Shown here one piece after another: positions 54,201 to 64,000 of a stretch of 64,000 nt of DNA (its first letter is position 1; every line of letters starts with the position of its first letter). The stretch spans positions 1,426,001 through 1,490,000 of the forward strand of contig JBLDXI010000013.1 of NCBI GenBank assembly GCA_047495785.1. The letters run 5' to 3'. Below the pieces are notes generated by a model that saw nothing but the letters and a program-made list of their open reading frames with translations, was not told the DNA's origin and ran no database searches. The position numbers and the translations under genes are program-made. Source of the DNA: Lepidodermella squamata (taxonomy: Eukaryota > Animalia > Gastrotricha).

Positions 54201-57200
54201 ACGCGAAAAATATACAGGTTAAGATACGATTCAGTTAGTGCAATAGTTATTAAGGCTAGGGTTATGAGCTTGTATGAAGAGTTTTTCAGTTCTAAGTAGT
54301 CTGAACGGTACTTTACATGAGTGAAGAATCCGAGTGTCAAAAGGTACATCATTCTTGGCGCAAGTCTTAAAGTGTTCACCGATGGTGCCAACTTTCTGTG
54401 CATTTGACGCATAACAGTGTTGGGTCGTGCGGTACGCAACTGGTTGGCTAGTACAGCCGATGTAGATTTGACCACATGTTGTACACTTCTGTTCATAGAT
54501 GACGTGTTGTTTAGGGCATAGCGAGCAGGCTTTTTTGGACAGGCCACATAGACAACCCCAACATTTGTAGCTGGTATGTTTGTAATCAGCGAACCGCGTC
54601 GTGACTATTAATTTCAAGGGTGTTGATTTCCAACATATCTGGATGTCGCGTTGATTAACGCTTGCATTGGAACAGTATGTTGAGAATACAAATTTGTTGT
54701 TAGACCCTGAAGATGGCCTAATAAAGCCGAAACATGTCGGAGGTGACGTTCTGGCGTATTTAAGAAGTTACAATCTAAATCTAATGATTTCGCTATACCA
54801 TCAAACCGTACGCTTCAAAATTAAACGTAGATAGATAGATAGATACTTACATACATACATCATACATCACGTTTGTCATGACGACGCCTCGCCATGCTCT
54901 CGCCTCGCGCCGAACGACCGCAGCAGTGCGCTAGACGCATTGCTTGGCGCGCAGTGCTTCCCAATCAAGTGGTGCGCAACTGCTCTAGAAGGAGCTAGCG
55001 CAATGCTTGGGAAGCAGGTGCATTGGAAGCAGTTGCTTGGAGAATTGCTCGGGGCGCATTTCATAGTGTCTGATTTTTGAAACGGCGGCACCGTAGTGGT
55101 CGTTATAACAAAGGTGCACTGTATTGCGACCTAACGAGTATTGCGTCACCCGCTCAGATTTTACGTGCCACTCAAAATTGGGACACTCACTCGAGTTTTT
55201 GTGACGCTCGCCATTATACTTATTGAATAATGATCAAAATGTCTTACAATATGTTTTTTTACAGAGGCTATCAACGCTATTGCTACTGTTTACAAGCGAA
55301 AGGTGTCTCTTATACTGTCGCAGTACACGAAAATGGTTTATCTAGTACTTCTACTTGGAACAACCCGCGAAACTCGCCTTCGCGCCGATCAGTCTCCATG
55401 CCGTAATTGCGGTAAGGCTACTGAAGATGACGGTCATGTCAACGACGAATTTTGCCGCCATATCGAGCTAGCCTACGCGGCTCGATGCGTTGTCGAACAA
55501 ACGTCAGCCAGTGTCCTTGTTCGGGCTGAATTGCCGGCCAAGAGCCATGGGTATCAGCTGCCTGGTATCATCAGCCCGTTCAGTGATCAAACTGTATCCG
55601 ACACGCCGATTTCGGATTTCGAACAGCAATTAGCCGCAATAATTGTCGACGATGCAGTGAAACAGGCGTTTTTTGGCAAGCTTAACAACGATATCAACAA
55701 TAAGCTAGTTTTCAATGGAGGCCGCATCGCCCCGTTACCGGTTGATTCCTATCTCACGCCTGATGTCATGAGCGCCTCAGGGCGCCAGTCGAGCTGCTCA
55801 AACATCGACGAAGGCGTTCATTCGGATTTTTCTTCCAACACCGCCTCTAATACTGTCGCTCGTATGACCTCAAGCAACACATCTCTGATCGAAACTACCC
55901 GGTTCAACGGTAAGTCTCACCTGGAATAAAGAGCTGTTGCTTCATACTTCCTATCCTCAATTGCAGGTAAAATGACTGATTATTGCCCAAGAGATCCTAA
56001 CTTCGAAGAGTCTGGTATCGATGGCGGAGAAGGCGATCGACCCTCAACGCCGACTGGGCGGGGTTTCCGTCAGGCTGTTCGCGAACGGCTGAAAGATACC
56101 GATAATGAGAAAGAAGGATTCGGCGAAAACTCCGATTTGATTGAAACGAATAACCGTTCGGGGGACGAATTGGCATTCGCTTCGATTTCACCATCAGCGT
56201 CAGGTCTGGCTGGATTATTCAAGTAAGTTAAAAACCGATGAACAATTTTTTTTAAACGCAAAAAATGTATTGCCATTGACGACTCGCATAATTTGTAACA
56301 ATCGTCTGCCGTTAGGTCACCTGAGCTTTTCCAAACTAAAATTGAACACATCCAACCGACTAACATCAGTACAGACTCGCCAATCAGCATGGGCCCAAAT
56401 AACTCACCAGCTCAATTTTCTGATGAAAACAACGAAAATTTTTGTGACAAGAGCTTCATCTCGGGCTATGATGACTACAACTTGTATGTAGACAATGAAA
56501 ACGATAGCATGATACTCAAAGTGGCTGCACAATTTTTATTCTGCGGCATGCCTTTTCAAACACGTCAGAATTCACCTTACCACATTGCACATTGATCTCA
56601 TGAATATAAGCACATTTTCGACTGTACAATTTTTGCGCTTTTACGAAATTTACTCGAACAAAACTTTTTTATGAATAAAATCATGATTAATGTTTGTCAT
56701 CAGGCGTGTTTGCAAGCTGCCAGCGAATAGTTTCAGTTTCACGGATAGTACTTTGCCGAACGATATCGACGAAATGTCCTCCCGCTATCATTCATCAGAA
56801 TCGGAAGAGGAGCCCGTTGATAGTCCGAATCAAACCAGTCTGAGCGGGTTCGACGACAGCTTCTGCTTCTGCCAAGAAACAGATACGATTCCGATTGACA
56901 AAATCGGCGTGCAGGGCGGTGAACGGGCTCATTTTTCGTTGACCATCCGTTCAGACTGCGAAATTTTGAAAGTGACATGGTACGCAGTTGTCATCGACCG
57001 ATTACGCACTATCGAAGGCGGTAAACAGAAAAAATCGCTTGTCGAGCTGACGGATAACCCGAAATATTGCGTCAATTTGATACACAACGCCGATGCGAAC
57101 ATCTTCGAAGTCACTTGCCATTTGGAAATTCTGAACCCTGGTCCTCAAGATACCGGAAAATATTTGTGCAAAGTCACGAATGTCGACGGAAAGTCAATCG

Positions 57201-58740
57201 CTCGAATTTTGTCGCTCACCGTTGTCGCCGATGTAACTGCAGAGTTTGCCCGTCCCCCGTCACCACGCGCACCTGAGTTCGTACTACAACCTGAAGATAC
57301 TTACACCGCGTATGTCGGCGATAAATTGAGTCTTCGTGCGACTGTTCGCGCTTACCCCTCTGCTAAACTGGTGTGGCTCAGGCGAGGCGAGGAAAAGATA
57401 GAAAGTGACGATCGCATTTCTGTTATTGAGATCTCAGACACGGACTCGCAGCTGGTTTTCGATAAGCTGGTTCGAGAAGATGATGCCGAGTATGTCGTGG
57501 TGGCTAGAAATGCCGTTGGCGAGTGCCAGGCTGTTACGCATATTTTTGTCAAGGAGAAGCCGCTGATCAATGCAGCAGCGATTGGAGCTCTGAAAGGCTG
57601 TCTCAAAACTAGGCTGCAGCAAGTCGAAGAATCGACACCGGACTGCACGTTCTCGAACGTCAGCATTCCAGAAGTTATTTCGCCGCCTGCTTTCCAAGCA
57701 ACGCCTTACAGCAACCGAATTTCTAGTGAGTTTCGCCTAATTTTATTATATTGTCTAATCCCGCGTTTCATTTGAGCAGATGCAACTACCGTGACTTTGG
57801 ACGGTCTAGTTGCCAATAATTTGGACGCTCAAGACCCGTCCTCGCTCGATAGCATAGTTGAGGAGAATTCAAGGAAAAGCATCACCCGAATGCCAAAATC
57901 TGCTTCAACTATCGAAATTCCTAGCGGCGGCGAATCAAACCGTCGCCTGTCCGTCCGTGAGCTTGCTATGCTTTTCACGTCGAGCGGATCGGAAAATGAA
58001 GAGACGCGGCCGTTGAATAAGGTAAAGAGCAAACAATATTGGGGAAAACTTTTTTTATCCGACCAATGTCTTATTTCATCCGACAACCAAAAATGTGACT
58101 AAAACCAGCCGACTTGCTTTTACATATTTTCAAAAAATTACAGTAAAAAAGTGACGACTCGGATCTTTCAGCATAAAATTCCGCCGGTTCCGGGGCCAAA
58201 ATAGGGTGCATAAAAGGGGTATGCCCCCACGGAAAAATCGAACTTGGGAAAATCGAGAAAATCGATATTTTCATGTCGGATGATTTTAGTCACATTTTTG
58301 GTTGTCGGATGAAATAAGACATTGGTCGGATAAAAAAAGACATTGGTCGGATGAAAAAAGTCACACCCACAATATTTTATATGCCGGCAGTAATTTGTTT
58401 ATTATTTATCAAGTTGGTCGGCATGGCTGATCGTAGCCGTAATAACTCGTTTTCAAAGCTGAAATCACTTCAGAATCCTGTCTCTATTCAACGCTTCGAG
58501 AGTTTCGCGGCAAATCCGTTTTGTCAAGACGACAGCTTGAATATCACCAATGCCTCAATTCCGAACAGTGTGCTTCGCCCTCTTCGACCCTCGATGGCTA
58601 ACGCAAGCACCAGCTCTCTGACTTCAATGATTCCAGCCACGTCGCTTAACGAAACTCCGGAGGGTGATTACGAGTTCGAGCGCGAGTCGCGCCACGTCAT
58701 ATATTCGCATAAAGATGAATTCGCACAACCGAGGTCTTAA
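51275..58740 (+). CDS. Slac2/MyRIP/melanophilin-type Rab27 effector (Slp-homology/FYVE_2 zinc finger) with two I-set Ig domains, about 1143 aa. Exons 51275-51708, 51764-52134, 55265-55909, 55967-56222, 56316-56483, 56737-57725, 57780-58021, 58414-58740
   Basis: LEENELEHVFKVVERDEELRRIE, CIVC..C..CKLFVCSSCC..LCKVC, and QWFYYCLKQRF..KFGA resemble the MyRIP SHD. Ig motifs VTWY..LEILNPGPQDTGKYLCKVTN and PEFV..AYPSAKLVW..EDDAEYVVVARNAVG. All junctions are phase-consistent. Confidence 0.75.
52559..52957. mobile_element. MITE with GCGGACC-rich inverted ends and an approximately 9-bp TSD (Mutator- or P-like)
   Basis: Ends ACGTC..CAGCGGACCAAATTTTAGCGGACCA and TGGTCCGCGAAAAATGGTCCGCTG..GACGT. Flanks GCCTAATCC (52550-52558) and GCCTTATCC (52958-52966). 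Confidence 0.6.
53991..54031 (-). ncRNA. Minimal type I hammerhead ribozyme in the 3' pLTR
   Basis: Minus strand AAC-CTGAAGA-TGGC-CTAATAAA-GCC-GAAA-CATG-TC-GGAGG. It has the CUGANGA/GAAA/UH core, a GGC/GCC stem II and a palindromic ACATGT stem III. Confidence 0.85.
54703..54743 (+). ncRNA. Minimal type I hammerhead ribozyme in the inverted pLTR (sense to the host gene)
   Basis: GACC-CTGAAGA (54707-54713)-TGGC-CTAATAAA-GCC-GAAA (54729-54732)-CATG-TC^GGAGG. Predicted cleavage is after 54738. Confidence 0.85.
58041..58368. mobile_element. MITE with long TIRs and a perfect 8-bp TSD (ACAATATT), GG termini (Merlin-like), in the last intron of the Rab-effector gene
   Basis: TSD at 58033-58040 and 58369-58376. 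An inverted repeat of about 55 bp, TTTTTTATCCGACCAATGTCTTATTTCATCCGACAACCAAAAATGTGACTAAAA, is mirrored at ~58285-58338. Confidence 0.85.
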
Positions 58741-59315
58741 TTTACATCTTCTACGTCACCACTGATCTTACTACTAACTACAGCTGTTTATTGCTAACAA
58801 ATTTTATAATTGATTATATCAAGTCTTTGATTCCGCTAATGTTAACTTGATACCCACGAGATATTTAATAAATCATTTCAGCACGGCGACAAAACGAACT
58901 TGAATTCTAATTTATTTATTATTTCAAACTTTTGCGTTGCTTCAAATGTTGATAAAATTCAAGTATGGAATAAATATAGCGATATAAACAGGTAACATGC
59001 ATTTCAATAATCCGCATAAAAAACCTCAACAAAATGTGAGCTAGTGGTCAATAATAGCAGTAGAAGCTCTCAGCCTGTACAGCCAATTCACAACCAATAT
59101 CGAATGGATACAAAATTTATCGTAATGACGAAGTGGAAGCATAAAAATTTTATAAGCTCATGAACAGTTGATTTCCAATTAAAGATTTGAAAGATGAAAT
59201 AACAAGCCTCACAACCATAAACTGCAGCATTTCAAATCTCGACAAGATCAGTTCATGAAAAAGCACAACCATATTTTGTTACGTTATTCGAGGCAATCCT
59301 AGAAATACGAGCGCG

Positions 59316-59874
59316 TTAGCCAGAAGACAATCGTGAACGGAATATAGAATTTCTCGACGCTAAAGCGTGCGATAGTGATTGGTGCATGTTGATGTGGTAG
59401 AATGAAATGAAGGCGGCAACAATTAGCAGAATGACAGAAGGCTGAGCAACAGTGGATCCCAATGTGACGTAATAATTGCAAAGGTTACCCTTGCAACATT
59501 CAGTACACTGCCAATCGTTGAACCAATCTCGCTTACATCGCTTCACTCGTGATTCTCGATAATCTTCACAGTCTTCAGTCTTGTTGCAGTCTTTCCATAT
59601 CATATGAATGCGGACGTACGTTTCGACCCAGTAAGACGGAACACCATACTTGATTACCGTAATACACGCGTCCTCTCCCTGCTTGCACTGTTTGACAGTC
59701 TTCACACATTTATCCTTGTTTCCGTCTTGATTAACACACGCGTAACATTCCAAGCAAGAACCTGAATTGATAAAAAAAAAACAGAAAGTGAACACATGAA
59801 ACTTGGGATGGGACCAACTTACAAAAGTGAAGAGCACAAGCCAGTAGTATCACTAAATAAATGTAATTCGACAT
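59316..59874 (-). CDS. crok: Crooked-like Ly6/three-finger protein (septate-junction type), 165 aa. Exons 59874-59823, 59761-59316
   Basis: Signal MSNYIYLVILLACALHF. LECYACVNQDGNKDKCVKTVKQC...C...YGVPSYW...KDC...C...CKRDWFNDWQCTECCKGNLCNYYVTLG closely follows the Drosophila Crooked pattern as I recall it. Hydrophobic tail. Confidence 0.75.
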
Positions 59875-60635
59875 CGCCAATCTGGCAGTCGAAATCTATC
59901 AATTAAAACATGTGGGATCAAAATAATAATTAAATAAATAGACAAGAAATAGAAGGGAAAAGGCAGCTCGGCTGGAAATTGGCAGCTGAGCAGAAACGTG
60001 TTTAGCAGAGTACTTTTTAAGCATAGAGGGCAAAAGTGAATGTGTATCTCCTTAGGTAGAACTAGCCTGAAGTTCCATTCATAATGTAACCCTCTTATCC
60101 ATAACACCTGGCCAGCAATTTAAAAAAATACGGTAGGGCAAATATTCAGCACCGTGGCAAACCTGATACGCTTGCTTTACGTGGGTCCGAAGCAAAATGA
60201 GAATTCAGAAGAGTTCAATGAGCCAACGCAGGGTGAGGGAGGAGAGAAGGATGATCTTACTATAGTTAGTGGTTAGTACTGGATTGGACATTGGTTAGTA
60301 GTAAGACTTTTTTGTCTTCAAAGGTAATTTTATGACTGTGATCATCGTTAAACATCGTTATTCGTTAGCCGCTAGGCACGCGATGGGCGAGGAGCGGGAG
60401 TGGCGCAACAACATCTATAATGCGCCGAGTCAGGTTATAGTTAGCTTCTACTGATAACTGCTGACTGCTGAAATTGAGCGCTCAAAGATACTCACTTAAC
60501 AAGCGCCTGCACTCAAGACTCACAGCTCTACAAACATTATTTCTTCAAGATAATGCTTAGATCTCAAAGAGCCAGATTAAAGATTGATCAAAGTATTAAG
60601 CGGAACTGATTACCCAAGTCCCTTTCAAAATTCAT

Positions 60636-61250
60636 TCAAGCGTTGACTTCCTTTTCATACTCATCTTTCGTCAGAAAAACGGCACGACTTTTCAAACGAT
60701 TCTTAGCAAAGTCATCGATTAATGTTTCGATATCAATTGAATCTGTAATTTCACGTTCGATAGAAATTATCGCTAGGCTATTGAGGAATTCCTGCCCCAA
60801 TTGAGACCTAAGATAAGTTTTCAATAGCTTGAGGCGCGAAAAGCTGCGCTCGTTGCCAGCAGTGGTGACAGGTAGAGTAAAATAGAGTAAAATAGGCGAC
60901 AAGCAGCAAGAAGATAGGGAAAACTATCGACAATATTTTGTTTCTAAAATTGTCGCAGCGATCTTGGCTGGACCATTTACGCCCGAAAGTCGAGAAAAAA
61001 ACACTGCTACCTCATCGACCAACTCTTCATTAAAATCGCGCGAGTAAACTATGTGATAAACTCTCGAGTTGCTTAACGATGTGGTATGCAATTAAGGCTA
61101 TCGTCCCACAAGAATTTGAAATTGTCGACGACACCCACGAGGCCTCTCAGGCGAATCTTGGTTTGTTCTACTAGCAACTCGAGTTTCGATCAGATCTCTG
61201 TTTTGAAGTGGCTCACAGAAGCGCCGCTTTCTGAAGGCAATCGCTATCCC
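60636..61250 (-). mobile_element. Degenerate hAT transposase remnant (C-terminal dimerization domain, ZMYM1-like); upstream boundary approximate
   Basis: LPVTTAGNERSFSRLKLLKTYLRSQLGQEFLNSLAIISIEREITDSIDIETLIDDFA. The upstream region is broken by stops and frameshifts. Confidence 0.85.
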
Positions 61251-61984
61251 CAGCTGTCTTGCAAGCTCGAACCAGCGCAGAATGAAATCGGAAGCCCTCG
61301 AGTCGAAGATATCAATCAAGTAGAAATCGCAATTTTAAATTGCAGCCTTAAGATGCTGCATAACACTGACCAGGTCAGCTATGGTAGAAGCAGTAGCCGA
61401 CTCCTGAAAACTCCAGATTAGGGAAAGTAGGTCCAAATATTGAAGCATTTCCAAGTTAGTCCCTGGGACGATGCTTTACACGAGTATTGTGGCACAATTC
61501 AGTACGTAACTACATTGAAAAATATAATATGGATCTAATAAAACAATTTCTCTGAGTTCCGAATTGGACAACGTAGGCAGCTCGACGCGTGAGTTTGGAC
61601 TACTTCATTCTTCATTCTTCAATTGCCAGACGAAGTCCGTTACGAAATTTGTGCCACGGTGTAGAGAGGAGAGAGAGGAAGGATAAGCAAAAGCATGGAA
61701 CACATTCAGTCTCTGGTCTCTGGTCTTGAAAGAAACCTTTGAGCCCGCATCTCAGACCTAACGAAATCTCAGATCTCAAAAAAAAATTTTTGATCCTACT
61801 CCTCAAAAAGCGCAGACAGATTATTTAAAATTGTCAAGGTGATCAATGCAATAAACTAAAATTAAAAAATTGTAATAGCCTTTTATATTACAATAAATGA
61901 AAGTAGAATTAATAATTTATTGCCTAATTTTACGCGGCATGCTTTAAGGATATTTTCGCGGGCCCCTAGTCGAAAAGTTTGGAA

Positions 61985-62072
61985 CTTCTTACAAAGATCT
62001 TACAAAGACCTTACTAATCAACCTTACTAGGATCTTTATAGAGATTTCAAAGACCTCTATAAGATCTTGCAA
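61985..62072. repeat. Degenerate ~11-bp tandem repeat (CTTACAAAGAT-like)
   Basis: cttacaaagat cttacaaagac cttactaatcaa ccttactaggat ctttatagagat ttcaaagac ctctataagat cttgcaac. Confidence 0.55.
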
Positions 62073-64000
62073 CATGGAGTGAAACGGGGGAATCGATTTG
62101 AAATGGCTAGAAAATGATCGGAAATGCTCTCCTGACATCCCAGGGGCATGCGTTCCGAGAAAGACAGGATAACCTCATGCGCAGTTGGAAAATGGAGAAA
62201 TCCACCTTAATGACACTTTTAAGCAAAAGCTTTGATTTTCCCACTTCGTCACTCTTTATGAACGCTCTTAATAACGGTTACGAATACGTATTAATTCCAA
62301 CCCCTTTTCAGGAAAACCCCTATTTCTAAAGCTCCTTTCAAACGCGGGCAGCTCCATGAACAGCGACTGGAGCGCTACACTGATAATGCCTCCGTGATTT
62401 TAGGCTCCAGTAAGAGCGGAGCTGGTAAATGCTTCCGAATGCTTTTACTGTGCTGCATTTTAGGAATTAGGAAATCATATTATAATTTTTGATTGGTTTT
62501 GAGGCCTGTGATTCTGGCAAATTCTGACATTATTGCATTATGGCGGAGTCTTAATGAGAAGCTTGGTCAAATGATTGGCATTCTTTCAGTGGTACGGGGT
62601 ACGGGTTAGGCTTTATGCATACGGCTTCATGCACTTGCCTGCCATTCCTGAGCGTATGGCAATGCTTGGCGTGCCCCAGGCATGCGACAGCTGTTGCGCC
62701 TCGCTGAAGTCGTGGATACCTCCACCGCTGCCGGCGCCCAAGCTTTGCTACCACAATTTGTACCTTACGCCTCTTCTTTTCCTCAACCTTACGATCAGTC
62801 GTCGCTTGGCCTTAACGATGATGTAACGATGCAGATTTTTCCCTTGGCTTGCCTAGTACCTACCACCGTCCTGCAGCGGATTACCCACGTGTCGACATTT
62901 TTGTTGAGCACGCTCCTATGTGCCGCCGGCCCCGGTCGCGACACCTGCGCTACTGCGCGCCGCCGGGCGCAAAATACAGCAATCAAGCGCGCGGTGCGCC
63001 GCGGCAATATTTCGAGACTTCTTACCACATCTTCGAGTAAATTACAAACTTAAGAGAATTGGTTGGTTTTATTAGGATTAATTTCTTTCAGCTTTATCTC
63101 GAGCACTTTTATGGCTCGCTCACGCGGTATAAAACGCGCTCGTTGTCGCCGGCTCACGGTGTTGGCGTGCGTGAAAAGTTCGAGAAAGACCAACTGGTCG
63201 ACTACAACACGGCTGCAACTGCTGATCCCAACATCCCAATCGCATTTTCGATGGCTATGATGGGCAACTTGAAAAGTTGGCTGATGTTGTCCGAGCTGGG
63301 AGGGTTTTCGAAATGTTGGAAAAAGTTCGTTTCTCAGTTGATCGAATTCTCGAGAATTGGGCTTTTTTACAGGATGAGCCTTGGATGTTTCGGAGCCTGT
63401 AACAAGGGCGTATAGTCGAGTTTGGACATATTTAAAGGCGCATCCAAAAAGATCCCTTCTTTTTCACGAATATACTTATTGGCGGCAACGTTCACGTTCA
63501 TTTATTCAAAATCAGATTAATAAATCATTTTATTATATCAAGTAAGTTTTTGCGATCGCATCAATTAATAAGCAGTGAATGAGCGCTGAGATGGAAGCAG
63601 CGACTGTAAATCTACACCTTCAGTAGCTTCGCGTACGGATGATCACGCCTACAGACACGCGACAGACGACGGGCAATTTTTTCTTCGGCTCGCTTCACCC
63701 CCACGCATCGTAATCATCCATATAATGAAACCATAAGGACGATAATATATGAAATCTCCACATATGTTTTTGTTAACTTAACTAATAAATGGCTCTCCTA
63801 GCTCGTCATATTAAATTTCTCGCATATATTTCTCATGCTAATGCTGACCAAATGATAAAGCATAGTGGATGAATTTCTCAGAGTTTATCATTTGACAAGT
63901 GTAACCGGAATGCGTTAGCGCTTCGTGTATAATATTAGGAAGCCTTAGTGGATTCTCAAATGTCGATAGGATTGTATTGATTCGAAATCGTGTTGAAAAA

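Larger units (their letters stand above)
53951..54783 (-). mobile_element. 5'-truncated Penelope-like retroelement: GIY-YIG endonuclease remnant (54231-54617) between inverted pseudo-LTRs (53951-54079 and 54655-54783)
   Basis: HVIYEQKCTTCGQIYIGCT...R..QH..IGEH..LLRTEKLFIQAHNPSLN is the PLE-type GIY-YIG with its Zn-knuckle. The ~129-bp inverted repeat is near perfect. TAAACGTAGATA is duplicated at 53945 and 54822, next to a (TAGA)n/(TACA)n tract. Confidence 0.9.

Noticed and set aside
1-64000. CRISPR arrays, rRNA, prokaryotic operons or an alternative genetic code
   Set aside because: No spaced direct-repeat arrays or rRNA signatures. ORF breaks are explained by spliceosomal introns under the standard code.

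Overview
This window is eukaryotic (animal) genomic DNA. It has many short introns of about 37-65 nt, no obvious CpG depletion, motile-cilium genes and a septate-junction-type Ly6 gene, which fits a compact-genome ciliated invertebrate. The ORF track therefore shows exon fragments, and I assembled the exons by hand with phase checks. Genes in order: TRAK/Milton (+, 5' part outside the window, with a candidate alternative first exon), villin (+), a GPI-type Ly6/three-finger gene (-), a 12-Cys secreted prepropeptide (-), a GT10 alpha-1,3-fucosyltransferase (-), DIP2 (-), ODAD2/ARMC4 (+) followed 247 nt later by SPAG1 (+), a NEK-like kinase fused to 14 ankyrin repeats (+), an RBM26/27 pseudogene fragment (+), a MyRIP/melanophilin-type Rab effector carrying two Ig domains (+), and a crooked-like Ly6 (-). 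Mobile DNA: a Ty3/gypsy remnant, a hAT remnant, several MITEs (one containing a tRNA-like Pol III cassette), and a 5'-truncated Penelope-like element with inverted pLTRs, each holding a minimal hammerhead ribozyme. The strongest leads are the NEK-ankyrin fusion, the Rab-effector-Ig fusion, the toxin-like CX3C peptide, the paired opposite-strand hammerheads inside a host intron, and the ODAD2-SPAG1 tandem pair. Family assignments come from recalled motifs, not database searches.
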